DNA of 64,000 nucleotides from a virus: IMG/VR virus record IMGVR_UViG_3300043080_000191; one strand, 5' to 3'. Shown piece by piece: positions 20,232 to 30,767 of this stretch (position 1 is its first letter; each line of letters starts with the position of its first letter). The notes under the pieces were generated by a model. It saw only the letters and a program-made list of their open reading frames with translations, ran no database searches and was not told where the DNA came from. The position numbers and the translations under genes were made by a program.

Positions 20232-23200
20232 ATGACAGATAAGACTAAATTTAGACCGGTCAATGGTACAGAAGAGCAAATCTTAAGCGCTTCTAAAACG
20301 CCAGGATATGTTTATTTTGCAACTGATACCGGAAGAATTTATTTAGACTTAGATCAAAATACTCGTATTTCTATGGGCGGTAGTGGTGTTGCTTTATTAT
20401 ATGGTAAAGCTGATACCATCAGTCCAGATGAACAAGGTTTTTACACTTTGAGTTTTGATGATCTTGAGGATGATGTAACTCCAAAAGAAGGAGATCTTAT
20501 TTTAAATAAAGATGGAATCTTCTATCGAGTTATGGAAGCGGATTCTGATTCACGCTCTATGCTTTGCGCAATTCTCGCAGTAAGCGGAAGTGGTGGATCA
20601 GGTGGCGGTGGTACATCTAGTTTATCTAAGAAAATTGGTATTACCATTCAGCCATTGTCAACAAGTAATCTAATCAATGGTCAGTCTTTTGGAGTATACT
20701 TTACTGCAAATTCTGGAGTTGATTATGATGGCTCTGTTATGGATGATAAATTAATAGTTCATTGGACTCTATATGAAAAAGTTGATTCAACTTATATTAA
20801 ATATAGTGAAGGCCAAATGGATGTTAACTCTGGTGAATTAACAGAATTTGAGTTAGGCGAAAAATTAAGAGAATCAACATCATCTCGTTTAACTATGTAT
20901 GCTAGTGGTATTAATAGTGGTGAGAGTGCTTCTAAGAGCGTTGATGTTGTTACTGGACAGTTATCATTAACTCAGTCTCAAAATTTCTCAGCAACCGCAC
21001 GTTATACACCAGATAATGTTAAGTTACAGTGTAATGCAATCGGAAGTATGAATAAAATTCTTGATTTCTATTTTGATGGAACTTTAGTTGAATCTAAAAA
21101 ATTAACTTCTTCATCTGAAAACTTCCAGAGCTATACTGTAAGTTCTAGTTATGCAACACATGGTTATCATTCAGTTCGTATTGAATTATATCAAGCTATT
21201 GTCGTAAGTAATACATGGTCTAGAGGATTGATGGTAGATCCAATAGAATTTGAAATTGGTGTATTCGCAACAGGTAATACAGATCCGGTAATTTGGTTGG
21301 GAACTTATAATGAAGAGTATTATAATTATGATACAATTCAAATTCCATTCTTGGTATACGATCCTTCAAGCACAGCCTCTGCGCACATCGTATTAAGAAA
21401 AAATGGTAAGGAAATCGCAAGTTCTCCTCGTGATATTGATACTACTACAATGAGTTCTTGGAATATCTTTGAAATTGCAGATGCAGATTTGGATATGGTA
21501 AATAGATATTCTATTTCTTGCGGCGACATAACAAGAGATATTACCTTTACTGTAGTTCAAGACCCGAACAGAACAATGGAAGTTGTTAAACAAGAGTCCT
21601 TGAAATTGAACTTTGACGCAAAGGGTCGTTCAAATAGTGAATCCGCAGTTAATCGTGAAACATGGACTACTGATGATGGTTCTATTAAAGCTACATTTAA
21701 GGATTTCAACTGGTATAATAATGGTTGGGTTCTTGATGATGACAATAATACTTGTTTACGTATTAGTAATGGAGCAGAATTTTCTATTCCTATTGGAACA
21801 TTAACTTATGGTTCAACTGATATTTCTAAACAGTCTAACTCTATTGAAATTCAATTCAGAGTTCGTAATGTACAGGATTACTCAAGCTTGATTCATAACG
21901 TAACACGTTACAATGGTGATGATAAATTCTATACAGCATTTAAAGCGCAGTCTTACTATACTAACTACGATTCATTCCTTCATTATTACCTTCCTCTTTA
22001 CAATGCAACTGTAAGTGAAGATCAACAGGTAGATTATGATGATCTTGAGTTTAGTAGAGTTCAGAAAGAGATTAGCTTAAATCGAGTTGCTTGTAGTTAT
22101 TACTCAGGTGACGAAAGTGGAGCTGTAGGAATCTGTCTTGGACCGCAAGATGCATTCTTTTCTAATGGAACAAATACTGTAAACGTAAGTTATGTTGAGG
22201 ATCAGTTAATCAATATTTCTATGGTATACTCTCATGGTAGCGACCAGATGATGTATATTTATATTAATGGTGTTTTAACTGGTGTTATTAAATCAACAAT
22301 CGGTCTATTCACAATTAACTCAAATAAGATTGTATTTAATTCTAATTATTGCGATATTGACTTATACAAAATTAGAGTTTATAATACAGACTTAAATGTA
22401 AATGATATTGTTACTAACTACTCAGTAGATTTAAAAAATGTAACTATTTACGATCAAAATAAACTTGCAGAAGAAAATACTGCAATTCATGAATATCAGT
22501 TTAAATATGATAACATGATTAAGTATAATGATGAACATCCAAGTGCTCCTTTAATGCCTTATATCATTTTTGATACAAGTGCAACTGGAAATAATGATAA
22601 GCTTTCTTATTCTAAGAAAACTAAAATTAATATTGGTGTTGAATTCATTAATACCGGTCTTGATAGAGCATATGCTAATGGCGAGTTAGAGAAATATGCT
22701 ATTGAAGATGGTTTATGTACCGCTAATTCTAGCGCAGAAGAAAAAGAAGCAGCTGTTAAGAAATATTATCAGCATCATTGCCCAAGCTTTATTGGCGATA
22801 ATATCAGCATGGCTGTTCAAGGAACATCTTCAGAGTTCTATCCAAGACGTAACTATAAATTAAAGACTAAGAATACAGATAAAGATGGTGTAGATAGAAT
22901 TCATATCTTCTTACATAAAGGTCCATTCGCTGCAGATTATGCAGAGGATTCAGAAAATACTCGTCAGAAATTCTTCTACATGGATAACTATACAAATGGT
23001 ACAACTAAGTTCACTATGAAGATTGACTACATGGAGTCTTCTGGAACTTATAATATGGGCTTTACAAGCTTAATTCATAATGGTTATTCTAAACATCCTT
23101 TAAAAGATTACAACGATGCGGGAGCATTCCAGAAGCAAGTTGAAAATTATGATAAAGCTACAAGCTTTAAAGAGGGTGAAACATATTATCAGTATGATGC

Positions 23201-26200
23201 ATCTTCTAATAAGTATTCTAAGACAAAAGATACAGTAGATGCAAATAATGTTACTGACTATTATGTATCTAATCCAAAATATGAGGATTATACATTTAAA
23301 GACCTTGATGACTATAGAACCTGTATTACAGGTTATAGAGTTTTAGCTTTCCATAAGAAATCAGATGGAACTTATCAGTACATTGGTATGTATAACATGC
23401 TTCTGGATAAAGGATCTGATGAAGTTTATGGATTTAAACCAGATAAAACTCTTACACAGAAATTCTTAAAGAATAAAGCAATTAGTAAGAAAGCTGAATG
23501 TTGGGAATTTGAAAATAACGCTCGTGGATTTTGTTCATTTAGAGATCCTTGGGGAAGAAGAGAATTATCCTTCAAAGCTCCAGAAAGCGCAGGAAGTAGT
23601 GGTTTCACCTCAGCTAATGCGCCAGTAGTTGCTGATAGTTTTGAGTATCGTTATAATGCAAATGATGACATTCTTGACATTCTCGTTGCTTTAAGTTCTG
23701 CATCTGATGAAGACGAAAAAACTGTTAATGAGAGCTTCCCAGATTATTACATTAAACAGGATCCAACAGATGGACAAGAATTACTATTAGACTTATACAG
23801 CAACTGGGAAAAAGCTGTTAAATGGGTATGGTCAACCTGTACTGAAAATGTAAAAAGCCAAGGCAATTATGTTGAAACTAACGTAGGAAAACAGCTCTAT
23901 CAGCCTAATGAATTCTATATCTATGATGAGACAGAAAACGATTACGTTCTTTCAACTGCAAAAGAATGTGATGATTCTTTAACATATTATTCACAAGCTA
24001 AAGATGGATCTTATGTAAACGCGTATGCTTGTTCATCAGAGAATTTATTCAAAGTAAGTACATTCTATACAATCGTTAATGGTGAATACGTATTATCTGG
24101 TGAAACTAGTGAATTTGATGAATCTGAAACATATTACAAGTTAATTGACTTCAGTGATGAAGAATTAGCTAAAATAGCAGATAGACTTGTTGAAGTTTGC
24201 AATGATGAAATATTTGATCCAAGCCAAACATATTATGCCTATGATGGTTCTGTAACTGGTTCTGACTTAGCTACTAAGGTAGTTAAAGTAACAGAAGACA
24301 CTTATGAGCCTGGTAAGTATTATATCGGAAAAGACGTTACTTATGGTAAACATGTTTATAAGTTTGATACAAAAGAATATCGTGCAGATAAATTCGTTTA
24401 TGAATTATCTTCTCACTTTGATATTGAATATGTAGCAACTTATTTCGTAGCTACTGAGGTTATGGAATGTTATGACTCTCGTGGAAAGAACTGTATGATG
24501 GCTTCTTGGGGCCCGCAAAAAGACGGTGGAGATTACATCTGGTATCCAATTTTCTATGATCTTGATACTCAGTTAGGTATTAACAATACTGGTATTCCTT
24601 CATTTGAATATAACGTGGATGCAACAGAAGATGGAAACTTCTCTACATCAGATAGTGTCCTTTGGAATAACTTCTATAAATATTTCAAAGATTCTTATAT
24701 CGTTATGAAATATAAACATCTTAAAGGTGTTACAGATGGAGTTTCTTGGACAAAGCTTGAGCACGCACCATTCTATAGCGTAGATAGAATTGAGAATTGG
24801 TATACAACTAATCCTTATTGTAGTGAAGAAGTTATGACAACTAATAACAATGCTAAGAAAGTTCAAAGTTTTGCTAAATTAGGAGAAAGACCTTTAATTG
24901 CTGTTAATTTAGATGAATATTATAAGTATATTACAATTTGTAACAGTTCTAGTTATCAGAATGGAGTTACAGGTCATATTGGCACGGCTGGGGATTATAC
25001 ATACGATGCGAATGGAACTTACTTCTACGCATTACAAGGAGATCGTTCTTTAAGTAGACAGCAGTTCTTAACAAATCGTTTGGAATATATTGATTCTTGG
25101 TTGAATCAAGGTAACTATCAACGTGGAGGCGCGAACCGTGTCCGCGGACGTGTGGCCGCAAATAATTCGAATAAAACTTCTGATATTTGGGTTGAAACAG
25201 ATAAAGAGCCATACTACAAAGAAGATGGAACGAAGTCTAATTTATTCGATGCTGAGTATTGGTTGAATTTAACACCAATTCGTTCTTCTTATGTAACAGT
25301 AAGTGATGATAATGAAGCTTATCCTTCTCAGAAGTATGATGGTGTCAATCCAGTCAAATTTAACATTGATGCTATTGAGCAAGGTGTTCGTAAGAGCGCC
25401 AACTACCCAGAGCAGTTGTTATATATTTACGGATTAAATCAGATGGCTGATTTAGGTGACATGAGTAACCTATATTGGCAAGAGTTTGAAATTTCCGGAA
25501 ATGCTTCTAAATTAACTAGACTTTTACTAGGATATGATGGAGTAGATGAAAGCGGAAATAAATGGAAAAATAATAATGTTAACCAGTTCAGTATTCCTTC
25601 TAGTAAATCCTCTTCTGGAATGCCATTATTGAAAGAAGCTAACTTTAGTAATATTTCAGTAAATGGTCAATCTCCAGTCCTTGATTTTACAAGTTGTGAA
25701 AAAATGCAGAACTTCCGTGCTACTGGATCAAACTTCACAGAGATTAAATTTGCTGAGGGCGTAGCTTTACATACATTATATTTACCAAGTTCAATTACTA
25801 CTTTAAGCTTAACTGAAGCAAACTTGTTAACTAATTTAATTACCGATTATCAAGTTCCACAGAGAGATGATAATGGTAATTTAGTAGCTGAAAAAGGTTT
25901 ATATATACAAGGAATGTTTGAGGGTCAAGGAGATACAGTAATTGATAATTTAAGTTTACTTGGTGGAAATCTTGGATACGATAGTTATAAATTACTTGCA
26001 AAATACTTCGAGCTTCGACGAAGACAGACAGCTTCTATTAGTAAAATTGCAATGACTAATGTTGATTGGTGTCCATATAAGCAGTTAGTTGAAGGAGATT
26101 CTTATGATATTTCTAATTCTGACGCTTATTATATTGATAATGGTCATTACGGATTTGATAAATACACTTATAATGCAGCAACATTCCAGACTCAAGTTTT

Positions 26201-27746
26201 GAATGGAGAACTTTATAAGCTTGATTCTTCAATTCCAGAAGAAGATATTAATCAAATCGCTGATGTTGAGATGTTAAGAACATTTATTGATAATGGATTA
26301 TATACTGGAACCGCAGAAGGAAGTACAATTCCGAACTTGACAGGTATTATTTATGTTAATAATGATACCGCTTTAGGAGAGCTCTTTATTAAAGATACTC
26401 TTGTAAAAGCATTCCCGAGTTTAACATTCTTCTTTAAGAATGTAAATAAAGCTTACTCCGCTAAATTCATTATCCAAGAGGATGATGGAACTTACACTTA
26501 TGTAGATCATGCAGATACGAAAGTAACTGAGAAGAGTGTTCAGAAGGTTTCTTCTGGAGAATTCTTTACAAATCCATATAAGATGTACAATCCAGTAAAA
26601 GATAACTACGATTTCCATGGTTGGTCAACAACTAATGATACAACAGGTTTAATTTCAAGTGCAGATGCTACTGCGGAAGAACAGCAAGCTGCTTGGGATG
26701 AGTTAACATTAGACAACGATGTATATGATTATACATTCTATGCAGTGTTTACTATTCATAAATGGAATATTAGATTCTTATCTGGTACAAAAACTGATAA
26801 TTTAACATTAATTGCTGAATATCAAGTTCCTCATGGAGATGTTCTTTATACTCCAAGTGTATTGGCTACATTGGATGAAAGTGCATTACCTGATGATCAA
26901 AGATATAAGTTCTTAGGTTATACTCAGAATTTAGCAAATGTAATTGCGGCAAGCGCAGATACAGCTAAATTAACATCTGTAACTAATATGCTTTCAACAC
27001 AGGATACAGATTTTTATGCAGTATTTACTCAAGAATCAGTATTTACTTCTACTACAGATTTTAAATACTTAAAGTTCTCAAAAACATCCTATACAGATCC
27101 ATATGATAGCTCTTATAGTGCGACTGGATACATGGTAAGACCAGCTGATGGATATTCATTATCTGGTAAAATTACTTTGCCAACTGAATATGATGGTCAA
27201 CCAATCATTAGTGTTGGAGGATTTGGCTCAATGGATATTACTCATGTTTATTGGTATGGAACTCCACAGGTAGTATCTATAGGTAGTAACGCATTTAATG
27301 GCTGTAAAAAATTAGTTTATTTCCAGTTCCCAGGGACAGTCAGATTTATTACTGGTTCTGCATTCGTAGGGTGCAATCAGTTAAAATTATTTGATTTTGG
27401 AAATATTTTATGTTATATTGGTGAACTTGCTTTCAATATGACATTTAACTCTTCTACAAAAACTGAAAAACTTAGAATTCCAGGTACAGTAAGAGAAATT
27501 GGTAACTATGCTTTTGCTTACAATGATAATATGAGAGGTATTGCAACTCTTCAGTTCGGAGGACCTGGAGATCCAACTCAAATTACTGCTATTGGTGGTA
27601 ACTCTAAAGCTTTTATTCAAAATAGCGGAGCTAAAATTGAGAACGTTGTAGTTTATACATCTGATGGAACTATTTCTGATAATTTAATGAGCTTGATCAA
27701 TAAGGGTGTTGAGTATGAAGGAACTATTAGCGTAGTTATGGCTTAA
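20232..27746 (+). CDS. Giant receptor-binding/fiber protein (~2504 aa from the RBS-supported ATG at 20232; ORF-track start is 20196). N-terminal fiber anchor motif, Gly/Ser linker, C-terminal two Flg_new (Listeria-Bacteroides repeat)-like modules, then BspA-type leucine-rich repeats
   Basis: aaaggagaataaaatccgtATG at 20232. 'GYVYFATDTGRIYLD' anchor motif. 'SGSGGSGGGG' linker. 'YDFHGWSTTND...YTFYAVFT' and 'YKFLGYTQN...DFYAVFTQ' look like Flg_new repeats. The C-terminus 'VSIGSNAFNGCKKLVYFQFPGTVRFITGSAFVGCNQLKLFDFGN...LRIPGTVREIGNYAFAYN' matches the BspA/LRR_5 pattern. Confidence 0.6.
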   Translation: MTDKTKFRPVNGTEEQILSASKTPGYVYFATDTGRIYLDLDQNTRISMGGSGVALLYGKADTISPDEQGFYTLSFDDLEDDVTPKEGDLILNKDGIFYRVMEADSDSRSMLCAILAVSGSGGSGGGGTSSLSKKIGITIQPLSTSNLINGQSFGVYFTANSGVDYDGSVMDDKLIVHWTLYEKVDSTYIKYSEGQMDVNSGELTEFELGEKLRESTSSRLTMYASGINSGESASKSVDVVTGQLSLTQSQNFSATARYTPDNVKLQCNAIGSMNKILDFYFDGTLVESKKLTSSSENFQSYTVSSSYATHGYHSVRIELYQAIVVSNTWSRGLMVDPIEFEIGVFATGNTDPVIWLGTYNEEYYNYDTIQIPFLVYDPSSTASAHIVLRKNGKEIASSPRDIDTTTMSSWNIFEIADADLDMVNRYSISCGDITRDITFTVVQDPNRTMEVVKQESLKLNFDAKGRSNSESAVNRETWTTDDGSIKATFKDFNWYNNGWVLDDDNNTCLRISNGAEFSIPIGTLTYGSTDISKQSNSIEIQFRVRNVQDYSSLIHNVTRYNGDDKFYTAFKAQSYYTNYDSFLHYYLPLYNATVSEDQQVDYDDLEFSRVQKEISLNRVACSYYSGDESGAVGICLGPQDAFFSNGTNTVNVSYVEDQLINISMVYSHGSDQMMYIYINGVLTGVIKSTIGLFTINSNKIVFNSNYCDIDLYKIRVYNTDLNVNDIVTNYSVDLKNVTIYDQNKLAEENTAIHEYQFKYDNMIKYNDEHPSAPLMPYIIFDTSATGNNDKLSYSKKTKINIGVEFINTGLDRAYANGELEKYAIEDGLCTANSSAEEKEAAVKKYYQHHCPSFIGDNISMAVQGTSSEFYPRRNYKLKTKNTDKDGVDRIHIFLHKGPFAADYAEDSENTRQKFFYMDNYTNGTTKFTMKIDYMESSGTYNMGFTSLIHNGYSKHPLKDYNDAGAFQKQVENYDKATSFKEGETYYQYDASSNKYSKTKDTVDANNVTDYYVSNPKYEDYTFKDLDDYRTCITGYRVLAFHKKSDGTYQYIGMYNMLLDKGSDEVYGFKPDKTLTQKFLKNKAISKKAECWEFENNARGFCSFRDPWGRRELSFKAPESAGSSGFTSANAPVVADSFEYRYNANDDILDILVALSSASDEDEKTVNESFPDYYIKQDPTDGQELLLDLYSNWEKAVKWVWSTCTENVKSQGNYVETNVGKQLYQPNEFYIYDETENDYVLSTAKECDDSLTYYSQAKDGSYVNAYACSSENLFKVSTFYTIVNGEYVLSGETSEFDESETYYKLIDFSDEELAKIADRLVEVCNDEIFDPSQTYYAYDGSVTGSDLATKVVKVTEDTYEPGKYYIGKDVTYGKHVYKFDTKEYRADKFVYELSSHFDIEYVATYFVATEVMECYDSRGKNCMMASWGPQKDGGDYIWYPIFYDLDTQLGINNTGIPSFEYNVDATEDGNFSTSDSVLWNNFYKYFKDSYIVMKYKHLKGVTDGVSWTKLEHAPFYSVDRIENWYTTNPYCSEEVMTTNNNAKKVQSFAKLGERPLIAVNLDEYYKYITICNSSSYQNGVTGHIGTAGDYTYDANGTYFYALQGDRSLSRQQFLTNRLEYIDSWLNQGNYQRGGANRVRGRVAANNSNKTSDIWVETDKEPYYKEDGTKSNLFDAEYWLNLTPIRSSYVTVSDDNEAYPSQKYDGVNPVKFNIDAIEQGVRKSANYPEQLLYIYGLNQMADLGDMSNLYWQEFEISGNASKLTRLLLGYDGVDESGNKWKNNNVNQFSIPSSKSSSGMPLLKEANFSNISVNGQSPVLDFTSCEKMQNFRATGSNFTEIKFAEGVALHTLYLPSSITTLSLTEANLLTNLITDYQVPQRDDNGNLVAEKGLYIQGMFEGQGDTVIDNLSLLGGNLGYDSYKLLAKYFELRRRQTASISKIAMTNVDWCPYKQLVEGDSYDISNSDAYYIDNGHYGFDKYTYNAATFQTQVLNGELYKLDSSIPEEDINQIADVEMLRTFIDNGLYTGTAEGSTIPNLTGIIYVNNDTALGELFIKDTLVKAFPSLTFFFKNVNKAYSAKFIIQEDDGTYTYVDHADTKVTEKSVQKVSSGEFFTNPYKMYNPVKDNYDFHGWSTTNDTTGLISSADATAEEQQAAWDELTLDNDVYDYTFYAVFTIHKWNIRFLSGTKTDNLTLIAEYQVPHGDVLYTPSVLATLDESALPDDQRYKFLGYTQNLANVIAASADTAKLTSVTNMLSTQDTDFYAVFTQESVFTSTTDFKYLKFSKTSYTDPYDSSYSATGYMVRPADGYSLSGKITLPTEYDGQPIISVGGFGSMDITHVYWYGTPQVVSIGSNAFNGCKKLVYFQFPGTVRFITGSAFVGCNQLKLFDFGNILCYIGELAFNMTFNSSTKTEKLRIPGTVREIGNYAFAYNDNMRGIATLQFGGPGDPTQITAIGGNSKAFIQNSGAKIENVVVYTSDGTISDNLMSLINKGVEYEGTISVVMA

Positions 27747-27757
27747 GGAGGGACAAG

Positions 27758-27979
27758 ATGACTAAGACTGTATATTATACATATCTTGGAACAAACGGGA
27801 CTATTACTAGTCCCGTTCATCTTGAAGATATTTATTACACTCGTAAATATTCTTTAAGAGCTGATGTGGGAAAAACTTTAACAAAAGATGGAGAGAATTT
27901 CTTCGCAACAGTTATGGTTCCAGAAGATGAAGTTGACCAGTGGAAAGAGGTTAAAGACCCTCTTACTGGTCAAAAATGA
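27758..27979 (+). CDS. Small protein (73 aa) downstream of the giant fiber gene; possible fiber assembly chaperone
   Basis: RBS cttaaggagggacaag-ATG, 11 nt after the giant gene's stop. Confidence 0.4.
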   Translation: MTKTVYYTYLGTNGTITSPVHLEDIYYTRKYSLRADVGKTLTKDGENFFATVMVPEDEVDQWKEVKDPLTGQK

Positions 27980-27997
27980 TTATTATAAATAATAATA

Positions 27998-28044
27998 CTT
28001 TCAAAATATTTTGAAAGAATGAGAGGGTGGCAAATGTCACCCTC
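27998..28044 (+). terminator. Two adjacent hairpins (perfect 20-bp palindrome ctttcaaaatattttgaaag; gagggtg-loop-caccctc), likely transcription stop/attenuator
   Basis: Inverted repeats seen directly. The downstream run is only moderately T-rich. Confidence 0.45.
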
Positions 28045-28076
28045 GAAAATATTATAGAAAGGATTGGACTATATTA

Positions 28077-30008
28077 ATGATTACATATGTTAATGCAGCA
28101 AATTCAGATAAGTATTCTGCTATATTTGAAAAAGCTTTTAATGATTTGCAGACGCATGATGCATCAGGTAAAGAAGTTGAAAAAGGTAGTTCTTCAGCAG
28201 TAATTCCTGATAGTGCGATCGGAACTGGAGTCTTTGATGAAGATGGCCAAGAAATTAAAATGCAATCTCTTAGCTCTCTTGATGAATACTTTTCTTATAT
28301 CGTTGAATTAAACAACATTAGTCGTAGATATACTATTCTTCCATTAGACGAAGATGTTTTTGAAATTAACGCAAATGATAGAAGTATTACAGTACCAGCT
28401 TCTTTTAAGAAAAATGGTATTAGTGTACAAGGAGATGAAGTTTCTGAAATCATTTATTTCCGTATTGCTAGATTCTACGACTCTACTGACTTAGATACAA
28501 AAGATATCTATATTCAGTGGAAATCTGCCGCACAGGACGAAGATGGTAATTTTATTGAAGGTGTTTCTGTTCCTTGGGTAAAGGATATTGAAAGTGATCC
28601 TGGCTACATTATTTTCGGTTGGCCTTTATCTTCTAAAATTACCAAAGCCGCAGGTACAATTCAATTCGCTGTTCGTTTTTATAACTATGATAAAGATACT
28701 GATACTCTTAATTATAGTTTATCAACATTGACTTGTTCAGCAACTATTAAGCCAGGCTTAGATTTTGATATTCCAGGAATTATTCTTGATGGAACTCAAA
28801 TTGATGATTCTACAACTCTATTACATGATAGACTTGTTGATTCTCAACTTGCTTCTGGAGCTGTTCAGGCTGAAAAACCGGAATTTATTAAGAATCTTGT
28901 TAAGAGACTTATTCTTGATGACAATGGACTTAAAGTTTATAGTGTTCAAGCTTATGCACCAGATGCAGGCCAATTAACTTACATTTGGAAGAAATATGAT
29001 ATTGATACCAATGATAGAATTCTTGAAGAAGGTGCAATGCCTTATGAAATAACAATGTCTAAGATTTCAGCTGATGAAACAAGGGTAAAAGGAAAACTTT
29101 ATTATACTCTAGTAAGTGGTTCTGATGGCGTGAATCCATCTTATCAGCTTTATACAGGTGATATCCCTTCAGAAGATCCGACACTTGACATTTATGAGAA
29201 ATTCTCTACTGGTACTTTAAATTCTGTTGGTAAATATGTTGTTGTAGCTAAAAACCGTGTACGTCAAAGCACAGCTGAGACAGAAAGTGAAGTTTGTATT
29301 GTACCTCGTCCATCAAAAGTTAATATCAATAAAGATCTTAATGAAAGAGATTATCTCTCACCAGATGATTATGAAGCAGTATTAAGTGTATCAGCTAGCG
29401 TTGAGGATGAAGGAAAAATTACTTATCAATGGTTATACAAAGCTCCCGGCACAGATGAATTCGAGGAGATTGAAGGCGCAACTGAAGCGACTTATATCAT
29501 CCAGGGTTCTGCAAATGAAAGCGAAGAAACTGGTGGCGAAGGTGATGGATTCTATAAAGTTATTGTAACTAATAATTTGAATAAAGAAATTGATTCTACT
29601 GATAGCGGAGTTTGTCGTGTAACTCATCCTGCAACTCAGTTAAATGTTCAAATTAATTCTGCACTTTCTAAACAGTACTTCTCATTAAGCGAAGTTCAGA
29701 AAAGTAATGGTTGCGTTATTGTAGCTAGCTGGCCAGAAGGAAGCGGAGAAGTTATTCAGAGACAGGATGAAGATTCTGTAACTTATCAATGGTATAAATA
29801 TGTTACTGATGGAAATGTATTTGAAGAGGATCTCCAGAAGTCTAATGAAGGAGAATACTATTTCCATGGTGACTCTAAGATTGAGGGCGCAACTGAAAAA
29901 TCCTTCATTCCAGATGCACAAGGTTATTATTTCTGTGAAGTAACTAATACTTATAATAACACTCAGGCCAAGAGATGTTCTCCATTCTTTGGTATCGCTG
30001 ACGTTTAA
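28077..30008 (+). CDS. Structural protein (643 aa): N-terminal ~230-aa domain paralogous to the next gene, plus three tandem Ig-like domains
   Basis: Ig-fold signatures 'TYIWKKYD...GKYVVVAKN', 'TYQWLYKAPG...GFYKVIVTN' and 'TYQWYKY...DAQGYYFCEVTNTYNN' (the classic D-x-G-x-Y-x-C-x-V motif). The N-terminal domain aligns with ORF 30043..30630 (IYFRIARFYD/IFFKVNRYFD; AGTIQFAVRFY/SGDVQYSIEFY; YSLSTLT/YSLGTLT). Confidence 0.6.
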   Translation: MITYVNAANSDKYSAIFEKAFNDLQTHDASGKEVEKGSSSAVIPDSAIGTGVFDEDGQEIKMQSLSSLDEYFSYIVELNNISRRYTILPLDEDVFEINANDRSITVPASFKKNGISVQGDEVSEIIYFRIARFYDSTDLDTKDIYIQWKSAAQDEDGNFIEGVSVPWVKDIESDPGYIIFGWPLSSKITKAAGTIQFAVRFYNYDKDTDTLNYSLSTLTCSATIKPGLDFDIPGIILDGTQIDDSTTLLHDRLVDSQLASGAVQAEKPEFIKNLVKRLILDDNGLKVYSVQAYAPDAGQLTYIWKKYDIDTNDRILEEGAMPYEITMSKISADETRVKGKLYYTLVSGSDGVNPSYQLYTGDIPSEDPTLDIYEKFSTGTLNSVGKYVVVAKNRVRQSTAETESEVCIVPRPSKVNINKDLNERDYLSPDDYEAVLSVSASVEDEGKITYQWLYKAPGTDEFEEIEGATEATYIIQGSANESEETGGEGDGFYKVIVTNNLNKEIDSTDSGVCRVTHPATQLNVQINSALSKQYFSLSEVQKSNGCVIVASWPEGSGEVIQRQDEDSVTYQWYKYVTDGNVFEEDLQKSNEGEYYFHGDSKIEGATEKSFIPDAQGYYFCEVTNTYNNTQAKRCSPFFGIADV

Positions 30009-30042
30009 TAAAAGCTTGATATTTTAAAAGGAGGATAGGCTA

Positions 30043-30630
30043 ATGATTACAACATCTAAAGAATACTATGATCTACTTTATAGAATTCAAGATGAAAATG
30101 CTCCAAGCATAGCCGTTTTACTTCCTAGCACTGAAACAATCTATGATATTGATTTAAATACTCGTACGATTGCAGCGCCTGAGTTTTTAAGCGTTGAAAA
30201 GGACCATCGCGCAGAAACTATTTTCTTTAAAGTAAATAGATATTTTGATCATGTAGATTTAACTACCACTACTTGCATTATTAAATATATTAATGCAAAA
30301 GGTGAAGGTCGAATTTTTGCGGTTCCATACTATGATGTGGATACATTATCTGATGAGAATAAAATGATTATTCCTTGGGTAATTGATGGAGACGTAACTA
30401 AGGCTTCTGGAGACGTTCAATATTCTATTGAATTTTATCGTTTAAACAGTTCCGGTAGAAAATTTGAATATAGCTTGGGGACTCTTACTTCTGTAAGTAA
30501 AGTATTACATGGCATTGACCAAGACACTGAATTTGATGAGCAAGAAGATCATTTAGCTTCTATAAGCGCAGAAATTTTTGCTCGAATTGATGCAATCTCT
30601 AAAGATGACGTTTATTGGATAACGTTATAA
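30043..30630 (+). CDS. Structural protein (195 aa), paralog of the N-terminal domain of ORF 28077 without the Ig extension
   Basis: Strong RBS taaaaggaggataggctaATG. Collinear similarity to ORF 28077 residues ~60-230. Confidence 0.6.
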   Translation: MITTSKEYYDLLYRIQDENAPSIAVLLPSTETIYDIDLNTRTIAAPEFLSVEKDHRAETIFFKVNRYFDHVDLTTTTCIIKYINAKGEGRIFAVPYYDVDTLSDENKMIIPWVIDGDVTKASGDVQYSIEFYRLNSSGRKFEYSLGTLTSVSKVLHGIDQDTEFDEQEDHLASISAEIFARIDAISKDDVYWITL

Positions 30631-30636
30631 TATAAA

Positions 30637-30676
30637 GGGGAGAGTATAGGAAACTATACTCTCCCCTATTTTTTGT
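30637..30676 (+). terminator. Rho-independent terminator
   Basis: ggggagagtataggaaactatactctcccc + tattttttgtttt. Confidence 0.85.
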
Positions 30677-30767
30677 TTTGGTCAAAAGGCATAAATAAAT
30701 ATTATTAAAATTTTATATCTTATAGACAAAGAAAATAAAATGTGAAAAGGAGGTAGCTTAGTAAGTA

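Noticed and set aside
2895-29921. Numerous 60-130-aa ORFs in alternative frames or antisense inside the giant structural genes (e.g. 2895..3143, 3362..3562, 6967..7149, 7192..7428, 10511..10729, 15971..16171, 18818..19207, 21220..21804, 23426..23608, 24648..25212, 26421..26618, 27408..27620, 28765..28977, 29386..29921)
   Set aside because: They are fully nested in long, RBS-supported ORFs, lack RBSs of their own, and have low-complexity AT-driven composition. They are expected by chance at 30% GC.
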